64,000 nucleotides of DNA, from the NCBI GenBank assembly GCA_963514005.1, contig OY740800.1, positions 30,442,001-30,506,000 on the forward strand. Reading direction: 5' to 3'. The stretch is from Raja brachyura. Taxonomy: Eukaryota. Positions 10,562-23,252 of this stretch are shown here, piece after piece. How positions within the stretch are numbered: the first letter of the stretch is position 1; each line of letters begins with the position of its first letter. The position numbers and the translations under genes were made by a program. The notes beneath the pieces are model-generated. The model saw nothing but the letters and a program-made list of their open reading frames with translations. It was not told the origin of the DNA and searched no databases.

Positions 10562-10670
10562 TATGTCGAGCATGCGCGCCGGCGGGCTCTTCACGAAATC
10601 CCTCACTTCGACTCCTCATAAAATAAAGATCAACCTTCGAACTGGTAAGTTCTCGTTCAATCTTACTATT
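10562..10670 (+). repeat. DIRS right inverted terminal repeat plus 3' extension
   Basis: 10562-10597 is inverted to the left end; 10592-10670 is inverted to the ICR. Confidence 0.95.
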
Positions 10671-10887
10671 CTCTGCCACACAAGGTAGTTAAGGCCAGTT
10701 CATTGGCTATATTTAAGAGGGAGTTAGATGTGGCCCTTGTGGCTAAAGATATCAGGGGGTATGGAGAGAAGGCAGGTACAGGATACTGAGTTGAATGATC
10801 AGCCATGATCATATTGAATGGCGGTGCAGGCTCGAAGGGCCGAATGGCCTACTCCTGCACCTATTTTCAATGCTTCTATGTTTCTAT
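10668..10887 (+). mobile_element. CR1 LINE 3' end, right half, with (TTCTATGT)-type tail
   Basis: Resumes ctctgccaca...ggatatcagggggtatggagagaaggcagg...gaatggcctactcctgcacct...ttctatgtttctat. Confidence 0.9.
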
Positions 10888-11696
10888 ATTAAGAGGCAAT
10901 GATGTCTAACTACTGAGGGAAGGTTACATGGAAACAATTTTCTTTCCCTTAGACAGTTTTTTTTGCAAGACAGCTTTTTTTCTGCTTATTATTTTCTAAA
11001 GTAACTTTTAAATGGTTCTCTTTTTCCCAATCGAAAATGAATTAAAACCAATATGACCCATGTAATACTAATAATGTCCTTAATTCATCAATCACATTTT
11101 ATTGAATTCTTTGTATAGAAACACACAAATTATGGCAGAAATATTTACATCAGAACATTACTCAATGCTGGTCCACTCCCATATAACTATGCATTTTTCA
11201 AGCTCTGATATTTAGGTTTGAAGAGTGAGTATGGTGTTTTACTGCTGGGTAATGATAACATCATAAACATCTTATTTTCAGTGGCTGCAGGGATCAAACA
11301 TGGGTTTCAAGCCGAGCCCTTGATGGGATCAATTATGAAAAGATCAAGACAAGCTTGGTTGTACTTAGAATTGTGAAAGGTTGGCAAAAGTGATTTGATG
11401 GAGTTGGGTTTGTGTTTGAAAATGCTCAGGGAAGGAAAGATGTTTTGCAGCTGATGAGAACAATTCTGAAACCATGGTGGAGCAGTAAACTAATAAGATT
11501 GCAGGTGTGGAAACCTGGTGAAAAAAATGGTGGAAGAACTAAGCCAGTTAAACAGCAGCAGAGATACCAGTTAATGAGAACTGGGGTTAAAGTAGCAGGT
11601 TTATATTTTTCAGTGAACTGGGGGAGGAGTGAGCTATAAAATGAAAGATTATGTGATGATTGGTTTAGACAGATCAGACGATAAGGAACAACAATG

Positions 11697-11996
11697 TTTA
11701 GTTCAGTTTCTAGAGATGCAGTACGGAAACAGGTCCTTCAGCCCACCGACCAGCGATCCCCACACATTAACACTACCCTACACACACTTTGGACAATTTT
11801 ATATTTACACCAAGCCAATTAACCTACAAATCTGTACGTCTTTGGACTGTGGGAGGAAACCAAAGATCTCGGGGAAAACCCACGCAGGTCACAGGAAAAC
11901 ATACAAACTCCGTACAGACAAACACCCGTGCTCAGGATCGAACCCGGTACTGGCGCTGTAAGGCAGTAGCTCTACTGTTGTGCCACCGTGCCACCC
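11697..11996 (-). mobile_element. tRNA-derived V-SINE/HE1-like SINE
   Basis: Minus strand begins GGTGGCACGGTGGCACAACAGTAG (A box) and carries GGTTCGATCC (B box); it ends in a CR1-like tail. Confidence 0.8.
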
Positions 11997-13138
11997 ACTA
12001 AGTGGGAAATGTCTCCCACGTTCCCCCCAGTTCTAAAGAAGGATCGTTAAAAGATATACGAGGGCAGGGTATTAGAACAAGAGGCACCAATTGAAGGTGA
12101 GACCAGAGAAGTAAGTGTTTCACATAGAGGGTGATGGTTACCTATAACAAGCTGTCAGAGGAGGTAGTTACAACATTTGAAAGGCATTTAGATAAATTAT
12201 TGATAGGAAGGCGCAGAACGATAAGGGCTTAAGGCAGGAAAATGGGATTAGATATGCATTACATTCAACAGGGATGAGATGAGATGGGATGAAATGACCT
12301 TTTTCTCTCCTCTACGTTTCTGCGATCCTATGACCCAAAATGTTGACGTTTCCTTTTCCACAGAAGCTGCCTAATTGGCTGTCTTCTTCCAGCATTTCTG
12401 TTGTTGTTTCATGGTAAAACAGGATGTTCTGAGAAGGAGGAAAATTGATATGAACAAGAAACCTGTTGCTGAGACTGATTGGTGTGCAAGTCATGTGGTT
12501 CAGTAACTCTTCCTTTGAGACAAGGAAAAGGACACAGTACTAAAGAACATCACTCTAAATCTAACTACTGTGTCCACAACCTTGAGCATTTGTCTAGCCA
12601 CAAAGCCCAGTGCCTAGAGGAAGTCACAAAAGATATAGATGAGGTTGCAGGTGGTTAAGGAAGCAGGCAAGGAAATACTGTCAGTCTTTAAGGAAGACCG
12701 GCTTCCACTTACCCGGTACATATTTGGCCAAAAGACCGTTTTACATCTGGATTGTCAATCCTCTGGGACCAGCCTGAAATCTTCAGGATTTAAGGATTAA
12801 CTTCCTGGTTGCAAAGAAACCACGCATCTAAAAAATAGTCCTTTTTTATTATCTTCAGAGCTTTACAGGAAAAATAGAAAAAATGTTAAAACAAAATGGG
12901 CTGTTAAATAGAGCCAGTAGTAAACAGGTGTCGAAGGCAAGACTGGATATGTGGGCAACTAATAGCGAGGGTGTGGGGACAGAGCAATAGGGAGCAGGAG
13001 GAATCTGAGGAAGTTCTTCAGTCAGAGGCTGAATACGGTGGCATATTGGATAAAGCACTCAGGAACTCAGTATGGTTTTAACATGACCTCTCCTCACCCA
13101 CCCTCTCACTGTTCAATGTGATCTTTTATCTGTGCTAG

Positions 13139-13338
13139 CTGAGGTACGGTGCATTAAAGTGATTCGCAACAGCACCCGAGCAGTGTCAGGTTCGTTTGAC
13201 CATACACTGCGTCTGTGGAATCTAGTCACCGGAAAAGAGATCTACTTGATCCAAGAAGACCACTTTGGCTATGAACACTTTGCACTGCTCCAGGTGGATG
13301 AAGCAACTGATGTGATCTACTCTGTCTCGGGACACCAG
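13139..13338 (+). CDS. NWD1: NWD1 coding exon (WD40)
   Basis: gctag|CT GAG...CAG|gtaga; EVRCIKV...AVSGSFDHTLRLWNLVTGKE...VDEA..VIYSVSG. Confidence 0.92.
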
Positions 13339-13792
13339 GTAGAAGATTCCTCAAATGCTTTCTGAAAACACGGTTGTCATGCATTGCTTTACAATTCCCC
13401 ACTGGGTTACCCGCTGTTCTAGCTGAAGGCATGGGTGCCATTATACATCACTAACATCAAAGATGATGTTGAGATCAGAGTTGGAGGAATGCAAATATCT
13501 CAAAAGGTCTGGGGCTGGAGGAGATGTCAAAGAAAAGTACAAAGCCACTCAAAGCCACAAAGGGAAATGAAAGCCAGAATTATATATTTAAAATTAAATT
13601 GCTGTGTATCCCGGACCGAATGTAGGTTGCTGGATGCAGGGATGAGTGGTTAAAGTCAAAAGAAACTAGAGAACGTGTTTTCCAGAGATTCTGCCTAACC
13701 GCTGAGTTACTCCATCGGTTTTTAATCTTTCTTTGGTATAAACAGCATCTGCAGTTCCTTGTTATTACTCTTACAATGCTGATTGTTTTCAG

Positions 13793-14065
13793 ATTAAGGG
13801 TCGATGCCTAGAAAACGGTGAACTTCTGTTTCAATTAACGGGCGGTAACCTGGACAACACAACATGCACAGCAGTGATGGGCTCCGACAACCCACTCCTG
13901 ACCATGTCTAGTGGGGCCACACTGTGTGTGTGGGATCAAGTCAGCGGCACCTTGCAGAACACTCACCATCTCGCTGGGCTAAGTACCTCAAAACTGATGT
14001 GCACCCTTCCATTGAGACGTCAGAACAAAATAGTAGTAGGATTCAATGATGGAATCGTGGCCATG
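13793..14065 (+). CDS. NWD1: NWD1 coding exon
   Basis: gttttcag|ATT...ATG|gtatg; 273 nt, open; LLTMS...LCVWDQVSGTLQ...KIVVGFNDG. Confidence 0.88.
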
Positions 14066-14649
14066 GTATGGGTGTTAACATTTGGGAAATACTGTAGCCC
14101 ACTGGTCAGGACAGTATATAGAATGTCCAACTGACCAAACCCAGCCAGCCAGTTGCAAAGCACAGCTTCTTATAATGTCATAGAGTCATAGACATAGTAA
14201 TTGAGACTGGATATGGGCCCTTTGGCCCACGCTGACCAATATGCCCCATCTGTACCAGTCCCACCTGCCTGAGTTTCGTCCATAATCCTCCAAACCCAAC
14301 TTATCCATGTACCTGTCTCAATGTTTCTTAACCTGCCTCAACTACTTTCTCCAGCAGCATATTACATATACCTACCACCCTTTGTGTAAAAAAGTTGCCC
14401 GTCAGGTTCTTGTTAAATCGTTCCCTCCTTACCTTAAACCTATGTCCTCTAGTTCTTGATTCCCCTATTCTGGGTCAGACTCTTAATACCCTTGCTATTT
14501 TATACACCTCTATAAGATCACCCCTCATCCTCCTGTGCACCAATCATCCCATCCTCCTGCACCTGTCTTTGGATACATCTTCAGCCAAACCAAAGATCGC
14601 TGGCTAAACTATTGGTCAGCAATGAAGTGAATAGATTGCAGCATTGTGC

Positions 14650-15290
14650 TGAATAAGCAGTTAGAAAGACACACATTATGTCGACCTTTATTGTAAGAGT
14701 GTTAAATGCAATAATATAATACCTATTGGATTTATATTTCTAGTGACGTCCTCGTGAGCTGAAACTTGGAATATCGTACACAGGTCTCCCATACAAGGAA
14801 GGGCATACTTGCTTCAGAAGAAATGCAACAAAGATTCACCAGATTTTGTTCTGGGATGATTGGGGATTGTCATCTCAGGAGAGATAATCACACTAGATTT
14901 ATTCAGATTTTAGACAAATGAGAGGTGTTCCCATTGAATATACAAAATTCTTGGCAGTGCTGATGAAAGGATCATGTTTCCCCTGACTTGGAAGTAAGAT
15001 CACAGACACAGATATAAATGGTGGGCTATTCAGGACTAAGATGAGGAGAAATCGCTTCCTCCAGAGTGGTGAATCCTCAGAATTCTTGGCATGAGGGATG
15101 TTGAAGTTCAGTCATGTAGTATATTTGAGACTGAGGTCAATAGATTTTTGATTTTAAGGAAATCAAGGGGTATGGAGATAGGGCTGAAGGTTCACACTGA
15201 GGTAAAATATTAGCACTAGTAACATGTTAATATTAGCATTAGATAAAGAGACTGGATCAAAATCGCCCACTCCTGAATTTATTACGTTCC
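14650..15290 (+). mobile_element. Old, highly degraded CR1 3' fragment
   Basis: Recognisable pieces aagattcaccaga, atgagaggtg, gatgaggagaaat, gagtggtgaat, aatcaaggggtatggaga; boundaries approximate. Confidence 0.55.
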
Positions 15291-15518
15291 TCCATTGTTA
15301 ACTTTGTTAAGTACAATCCGGTTTGTATCTTGCTGCCAACTACCTGACAATTTGGTTGGAATAGAAATGTGGTCTTTTCTACACCACAACGGAGTCAATT
15401 AAAAGATCCTATTGGGGCCAAGCATTGAACCTAAGCACGGGTTTAGAAACATAGCCCCAGTTTAAAGTGTCTTTGCATGTTGTGAAGCTGTAGGTTTCTA
15501 GCTTATGTGAAGCTCCTT

Positions 15519-15612
15519 CTGAAGAAGGGTCTCGACCTGAAAAGTCACCTGTTCCTTTTCTCTGGAGATGCTGTCTGACTTGCTGAGTTACTCCAGCTTT
15601 TTGTCTTTATCT
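15519..15612 (+). repeat. Penelope-derived terminal-repeat fragment with mutated hammerhead core
   Basis: CTGAAGAAGGGTCTCGACCTGAAAAGTCACC...gagatgctg...gctgagttactccagc. Confidence 0.75.
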
Positions 15613-15817
15613 CCTCTGGACATTCTGATTCTCTCAACTCCTGGGAAATTTCCTTACCCATAGTTTATCCTGGAAAATGTTGTGGACAGATGTGGCTGTT
15701 AGGACAGGGAAACTGCTGGCAAGGAGATTTTCTTGTTCATTTTTGCTATTCAATAAATTGGTCCTTTTCAGTCTGTCTAAGTCCCAGTCCTGAGAAATGC
15801 CCTTTTCCTCCTCACAG

Positions 15818-15908
15818 GTGTCTCTGGATGGAACTTGTGTTACAGAGGAAGTCAATGTATCGGTCACCTTCCTGATCACGTCAGAAAGTGAGAAGTGGAT
15901 GGTGGCAG
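15818..15908 (+). CDS. NWD1: NWD1 coding exon
   Basis: ctcctcacag|GTG...GCA G|gtaag; VSLDGTCVTEEVNVSVTFLITSESEKWMVA; phase fits both neighbours. Confidence 0.85.
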
Positions 15909-16127
15909 GTAAGGACGTACAGATGAAGCTTTCTCTGTATCTTTGATCGGACTTTGCTGGCATTACCTTGCCTTAATAGTTATTCCCTTATCATGTAGTA
16001 TCTATACATAATAAATGGCTCAATTGTAATCATGTATTGTCCTTCTGCTGACTGGTCAGCACGCAACAAAAACTTTTCACTGTACACGTGACAATAAACG
16101 AAACTGAACTGAACTAATTGAACTGTA

Positions 16128-16320
16128 TAGGAAGGAACTCCAGATGCTGTTTACACCGAAGATAGGCACAAAATACTGGATAGGAATGGGTGACATTTCG
16201 GGCCAAGACCCTTCTTCAGACTGGACTGAAGTAAGGTCTCAGCCCAAAATGTAATCCATTGCGTCTATGCGGAGATGCTGCCTGTCCCGCTGAGTTACCC
16301 CAGCACTTTGTGTCTATCGG
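16128..16320. repeat. Palindromic Penelope-derived repeat
   Basis: Head-to-head copies of the same terminal repeat (gggtgacatttcggg...cttcagact / ctgaag...gatgctgcctgtcccgctgagtta). Confidence 0.7.
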
Positions 16321-16895
16321 AAATAAATTGTTGATTTACTCCTTCATGTCAGGCACTTTCCTCCAAGCAGTTTTTAATTCCAAAGCAGCGGGTAGTGAGA
16401 CAAGCCTATATAGCATTCTCCATTGCAAATGTCCAGTCCGCTTTATTATTGTAGTGCTCCTCCAAACCTCTCTTTTGTTTTGCCCAGCTCCACATATTGT
16501 ATATTCAGTCACCCATCAGCCACATGACTTCCTGCTGATGGTAATCCTTCTCCGGCCATGCTACAAATGCAGAGACACCAGCGCCACTAACTTATTTCAA
16601 GCTGAAGCCCTTCAGCAACTTCAGTGGGCAAGCGACAGCTTTTAATTCAAGATGAGAAAGACTGATATATTAGATTAATCTTTAGATAATGGTGACATGC
16701 TTCAAAAGGGGTTAAAAATGTTATGCTCAACAGGAAGTCATGCGTGTTTTGTTTCAACATAGGTTACAGATTCGTTGATATGCTAAGAGAGGCTTCAAAA
16801 TCTTACATTTAAACAAATATCTTATTGTGAGTTGATAGCTACTTGTTTTATTTGAGTTATCAAGTCAATATTTCCTAATAGCGTTCGAAATGTCT

Positions 16896-17099
16896 AGGAA
16901 GGAACTGCAGATGCTGGTTTAAACCCGCAGATAGACACAAAATGCTGGAGTAACTCAGCCGGACAGGCAGCATCTTTGGAACGAAGGAATGGGCGACTGT
17001 TCAGTCTGAAGAAGGGCCTCGACCCGAAACATCACCCATTCCTTCTCTCCAAAGATGCTGCCTGTCCCGCTGAGTTACTCCAGCATTTTGTGTCTATCC
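16896..17099. repeat. Palindromic Penelope-derived repeat with hammerhead-like core at 17006-17033
   Basis: gatagacacaaaatgctggagtaactcagc.ggacaggcagcatct is inverted to agatgctgcctgtcccgctgagttactccagcattttgtgtctatc. Confidence 0.8.
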
Positions 17100-20000
17100 C
17101 AATAGCATTCGTTCATCTTAAGTCTTTGGCACAAATCCACATTGGTTTTCTGTTTAGTAAGAAGTCTATGATAAAATTTTCATCCTTATGTTAAATGCCT
17201 CATGGTTGAACCTCACCCTTTCACTGTGACCTGCTTCAGCCCTTTGCTATGTGATTGTTGCATTTTCTGGTAGCATAAGGTACTGCACACACAAATGTAG
17301 CCAAGACCTGGTCGACTGATAAAATCATCTTGCATTAACAAGGATTGTAGCTGCTTAAAGTCCCAGGCACTTTGGACTTTCTTGGCATTGATCTATGTTA
17401 CTGGAAAACAGAGTCATGAGGTGAGTGGTTAATAGTTTATAAGCTGAGAAGCCATATCCCAGGAAGGGCCACCTAGTTAGACTTCTGAAACCCTTGTCGT
17501 CAATGACCAGACCCAATGTAAGAAATAAATGGGAAACAAACAGGGAAATGAAAGTTTTGAAGATAAATCAATGATTTCAAATAGGTATGAAAGGGGAGCA
17601 TTTTGTTCTACAAGGCTGATCCACCATCCGCTCAGAACTTGTTGATCTTCAATGTTAGCAACATTTTGCCTGCCTGTTCCTGATACTTCTTGATTCCTTT
17701 AATATCCATAATTCTATTGCTTTGAAGGCAATCAATGATTTAATCTCCCAATCTTTGAGGTAGAGAATTCAAAATTGCACTACCTTCTGTGTGACGTCTT
17801 CTCTTTTCAATGGTAATTGTGTGATTTGTTTTGACTGACGCCTGCCAGCCATATGCAAAGTACAACTTCACATCTCTATACAATACAATACAGTTTATTG
17901 TCATTTGTTCTAACAAAATTTAGTTTCTGCAGTCATACAAACAAGAAAAGGACCAAGACACAACACAATTTACACAAACATCCATCACAGTGAATCTCCT
18001 ACTCACTGTGATGTCAAGACTTAGAGAAGTCTTCAGAAATGGTTCAAATCAAAGATCTCAGAAGAAATATCTTCCGAGCATTTAGCCTGTCAAACCCACT
18101 GAGTAGAAGATAGGTTCCGACCCAAAATGTTGTCTATCCATTCCCTCATCAAACTATGAAATGTTCCATTTGGTCCTCTTAGTTGAACGTCAATGTACAT
18201 TGTAGATAATTGGGATACTAGCTTGAGGTACCACCAGTCATAACCTGCCAACTGGAGAAGAATCCATTCATTCCCACTCTGTATTCCATCTGTGACCCAA
18301 CTCTCAGTCCATGGTTGTATATTTGACCCACTTCCAACCTTGTTCAGCAACCTCTTGGATGGATCTTATCAGAATCATCACGACCATCACTGCGGCCCCT
18401 CAGATGATGTACAAGAGCACACTAAACAATACAACTCCTTTCAAATTGCCTGAGAGCAATAAAGTCATAGAGTCATAGAGAGTGTAGAAACAGGCCGTTC
18501 GGCCCAACTTGCCCACACCAGCTGCACTAGTCCCACCTGCCCGCGTTTGGTCCATATCCCTCCAAACCTGTCCTGTCCATGTATTTGTCTACATAACGTA
18601 TTAACAATGGAGATTCCATCTCAAAAGGATTATCCAAAATGCAACATTAATTTCTGAAAACATAGTTGCATCACATCTACCGACTCTTCATTTACTCTAT
18701 TAAGTATGTCTGTAAATAGCTCAACAGGTTAGTGAAACATAATTTTCTTTAAATTCATGTTGCTTCTACTCCTGTTATCATTCTCAAAGTATATTGATAA
18801 TGTACTCTTTATTACAGGTTCTCAAATAGTGGGGCGCATTTGCTATGCTCCATTCCAGAATCCATGAACTATAATAACTAAACCATCCACTATCCCCTCG
18901 GCCACCTTCTAAACCTGCGGGTGTACATCAGAAAGTCCTGGGGATTTTTTAATTATTAGGCATATAAACTCTTTGAATATTTTGTTGCACAAAAACTAAT
19001 ATACATTAAATCATAATTTGCACTGGATCTGCACATCTTCTCATGGGATGTATTTGTTTGATGTTGTTTCCTTATCCGCTGTTATAATTCACCCACCTCT
19101 ACTGATGCTGCCTGACGTGCTGTACTCTTCCAACCCATTATGATTTTATTTCTGCAGGTTATTATTTTTGCTTTTCGAGGGGAAATGAAAATAAGATGGC
19201 ATAAAATTATACCTAGTACCAATTGATAATTCTGAGTATTTATCAACCAGCTCTTCTGAGTGTACATTGTCTCACTCATGTGAGTTAGACAACGTACTAG
19301 TTCATGCCCACTTACTACCTTGCCAGGAATTATTCCATGTTGGATCCTCTGTACAGGAGCTCTCAGGACAAGAGGACACTCAGTCAAGTCTGCAGCACAG
19401 CAGTTCCCTCAGGCTACGGATGAGCTTTGGATCAGTCATTACATCACACTTTTGCACACCCTTCATATCCCAAACTCTCAAAACTATACACTTTAGGCTT
19501 GTACGCATCTACAGGCTATTGGGGACATGTATTTAATTATTTGTGTTGATATTTCTAATGAATAACCCAGCTCTGGCAATAAGCTCATGGCCTCTTGCTC
19601 TCACAGAGATTCTAAGATTTTACAGAAATTGTGGGGCATGTAGAGTAAATGAGACGGAGAGAGATACATTGATACAATATCTTGTACATGATACATCACA
19701 GTAATTCTTTAAACCATTTTCATCGTTTCCTCTCTCTCCTTACCTGCCAAACAATCCCTCCTTTCCTGGATCCACCTATCACTTGCCAGCTCCAGCCCCT
19801 TCTTCTAGTTATCTCCCCTCGATCTCCCCTCGTCTGAAGAAGGGTCCCGACCCAAAACTCGCTGACTTCCTCCTCAAGTTTTTGTTTGCTCAAGATTCCA
19901 GCATCTGCAGTACTCTTGTGTCTCCACAAAACCATCTACTTACTATGACGAAATACTAACATGGATGAGTGATTGGAGTGGCCCAAAGATGATCTTTGGA

Positions 20001-20210
20001 GGATGCCAGAACTAAAAGGGAAAAAGAGCCAGTGAGCTAGTTTTGTGATATGACTGGATAAAATTGAATAGAATCAGATGAGTGGCCTCTTCCAGTGGGA
20101 TAGGAATTACCTTGAACTATCCTGGATGAGAACCCATTTACCTTAATGCTCCCTAAAATACAGTAGTGAACATAGTACAGGTGTGTGCACAACACAAACT
20201 AGAAACAGAT

Positions 20211-20482
20211 GCGGCATGGTAGCGCAATGGTAGAGTTGCTGCCTGACTGCGCCAAAGACCCGGTTTCGATCCTGATTATGGGTGCTGTCTGCATGGAGTT
20301 TGTACGTTCTCCCCGTGACCTATGTGGGTTTCCTCCAGGTGCTCCTGTTTCCTCTTACACTCCAAAGACGTACGGGTTTGTAAGTTAATTGGCTTGGTAA
20401 AATTGTAAATTGTTCCTAGTGTGTGTAGGTGCGGACTCAGTGGGCTGAAGGGCCTGTTTCCGTGCTGTATCTCTAAACTCTA
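20211..20482 (+). mobile_element. tRNA-derived V-SINE/HE1-like SINE
   Basis: GCGGCATGGTAGCGCAATGGTAG (A box), GTTTCGATCC (B box), tail gaagggcctgtttccgtgctgtatctctaaact. Confidence 0.8.
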
Positions 20483-20538
20483 CTGGGGAGTGAAACATGC
20501 AACTGTAACATTCTAATAGGATAATATTTTAATTACAG

Positions 20539-20693
20539 GGTTTGGGAAGTATGCTCGGGTTTTCACGCTGGATGCCAGTATGATTCAGAAAGCCTCGGCA
20601 GAGGACTTGGAGCACGGTGACAAGGTTCACACGGCTATAATCAGCAGAGATGAGAGCTTGCTGGTCACAGGGTCCGCCGACGAGACTATTCGG
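20539..20693 (+). CDS. NWD1: NWD1 coding exon (WD40)
   Basis: aattacag|GG TTT...CGG|gtaaa; FGKYARVF...DLEHGDKVHTAI...LLVTGSADETIR. Confidence 0.9.
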
Positions 20694-22975
20694 GTAAATC
20701 GGAATCACAGGCAATTCCCGCATTATAGGATGGGGGAGGGGAAGGAGGGTTGTATTCTTAAAAAAAAGGTCTCTATCATGATTTTCCATAATTTAGACAG
20801 GTACATGGATAGGATTGGTTAGAGGGATACGGAACAAAGCAGGTGGGACTGGTGTAGATGGGACATGTTGGTTGGCATGGGCAAGTTGGGCGAGAAGTTA
20901 ATGGAGAAGTTAATTCTGACCCTGCCAGCAAAGTGAACATTCTACCAATGATAATGAATAAAAGGTAACCGGGTGGCATGTAGATTGACTTGTTATATCC
21001 GAGTGTGTGCACGATTCAATTAATTTGCACAAGGGTGTAGAGTGACTTGCATTGTCTGCAGACTGGCGGTGGACAGTGTCAAGGCAGGGGTCTCAAATGG
21101 GATTGTTCATTTGATACTTCTAGCTGACGACAGTGGCAGATGGTTTCCCCTGACTTTTTGCACTCATATACAGGTTTATGCAAGGAAGGGGAGACCAGCA
21201 TGTGAACAGCCTATTCCTCGAGGTTGCCACTTAGGGCTCCATCATCAATCAGAACTGATTGTGCCAGGATTTAATTGCGTTAACCAATGTTATTCATGTT
21301 CATGTTATAGGAGCGTAATTAGGCCATTTGGTTCATCAAGTCTACTCAGCCATTCAATCATGGCTGATCTATCTTTCCCTCTCAACCCCATTCTTCCCAT
21401 GACCCCTGACACCCATACTAATCAAGAATCTAGCAATCTCTGCCTGAAGAATATCCATTGACGGCCTCCACAGCCTTCTGTGGCAATGAATTTCACTAGT
21501 GGAAACATCCTCTCCACATCCATTTTATCCAGGCCTTTTATTATTTAGTAAGCTTCATCCTTCTAAACCCCAGTAAGTACAGCTCATGTTGTTAACCCAA
21601 TCATTCCTGGGATCATTTGCGTTATTGATCAGGGAGCCACTTAACTCTTTCCCATGCTCTCATCATCATCAGATGGTACCTCAATTTTAGGTATGCCCGC
21701 TTACAGCATGCCCTTTTGCCCACCTCATTGAACTAAGACTGTTCCCATGTCTTGGCTTCAACAGTAAACGTTAGGATATGCCAGAGATGGAGGTGGTGCA
21801 AATTTCTATGGTAGCTCATTTTCGAGTTGTCAGATTTGTTCAGGTGTCTGTCCCTTAATGCATGATGGTATGATCTGTCCCTTAATGCATGATAGAACAT
21901 ATCTGTGGTTTGGACTGTGTAATGGCCATTTCTGTAACTGCTGTTATCAACAGATTCATGTCCAGTTGGCAGAGTAATGAAGATAGGTTTAAGCAGCCAA
22001 ATCTACTCACCACCTACCGCAGTTCTCAGTGGTAGCACTACCTTTAAGACTGAGTCATCTTGTACCATGGTCATGCTACCAATCGCTTCTTGCAGATGGA
22101 GATGCAAAATACCCACCCAGAGGACATCCTGTCCCCTTGATCATTTCAAAGCTCCTTCCATGTGTTGATAAACACAGAGGAAAGTTGATTCATCAACTGG
22201 GGGATGATAGTGGGTGGGAATCAGCAAGTTGTTTTCCTGCTGAGCTTAACCTTGTTCCATGGTGCTTCAAAGAATCTGGATTAAGACTTGAATTGTTTGC
22301 AGACTGGCTTATGTAATGGCAGATACCTCAGGTGGGATCATCCATTTGCCGCTAACGCTTAGATAACACTGCACTTCCACCGATGGTGGTTCTATCCTAC
22401 TGGGACAAAGGCCACACCCAGGTCTGATGCCGGAGGAGCCTGGCAAATTGGGTCAATGTTGATTTTGTGAGCATGATTAAGCCAGGATGTCTCTTGTATA
22501 GTTTGTGGAACAGCCGACCTGGGCATGTTTCCAGATGTTTGAAGAAGCTTCAAAGTAAGACATTTGTATCAGACAGATGTAGATATAAACTAGGTTCCAT
22601 TATAATATTCTGATGCCATGATCTCATGTTATTGATTGGGTTGCTCTATCAGTTCAGATAGCAATTCTGACTCAACCACTTTGTTATTGGACGAGCCACA
22701 TATGGTTTGTACCTCACGGATGTTACTGAATCAAATGAGTTTTTAACAACTGTTCGGTAGCTCCAGCACTAGGAGAATCTTTTGATTCCAAATTAAAGAA
22801 TTTGTCTTGAGATCTAATCTCACGTCTCTGGATCATTAATCTGTGTCTCGAGATTCTTGATCTCGTGAAATAACCATGTTTAGTGCCATGTACATTAAGC
22901 ATAATCAAGAGGTTTCCTGGAACACTGGCAGCTTATAAACTGTGCAATTCATCCTTGTTTATACTTTCTTCATAG

Positions 22976-23252
22976 GTGTGGAGCTTGTCACCCAATGTAA
23001 AGCTGGTGGACTCAATGGAAGGAATGGGAGTTCCCCTTAACTCTCTGACAATATCTGGGAACACCTTGATATCAGCATCACGCAGTGCTTACTACCTTAA
23101 AATCTGGAACCTGAGTTACGATCGGCAGCACACCACAGTTACGCCGTTCCATAACCGCAGTACGATCACTGGCTTGACACGGGAAGACAACTCGGTGTGC
23201 TTTCCAAAAACAGGGGAGTCGAACAAAGTAGTCATTTGGAATGCTGAAGAAG
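22976..23252 (+). CDS. NWD1: NWD1 coding exon (WD40)
   Basis: ttcttcatag|GTG...GAA G|gtgat; VWSLS...MEGMGVP...LKIWNL...FPKTGESNKVVIWNAEE. Confidence 0.92.

Larger units (their letters stand above)
5360..10670 (+). mobile_element. Full-length DIRS1-type tyrosine-recombinase retrotransposon
   Basis: gag, RT/RH/MT and YR ORFs; inverted termini; ICR complementary to both ends; ATT at both junctions. The flanks rejoin into a continuous CR1 sequence (ggaATTctctgcc). Confidence 0.96.

Noticed and set aside
10336-10670. Long perfect inverted repeats that could be read as an ncRNA hairpin or DNA-transposon TIRs
   Set aside because: Fully explained as the DIRS ICR and right terminus
11697-11996. tRNA-like A/B boxes
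   Set aside because: SINE head; no cloverleaf, and it continues into a repeat body found several times in the window
21847-21892. 20-bp direct repeat TCTGTCCCTTAATGCATGAT x2
   Set aside because: Simple local duplication within old repeat debris; not an array
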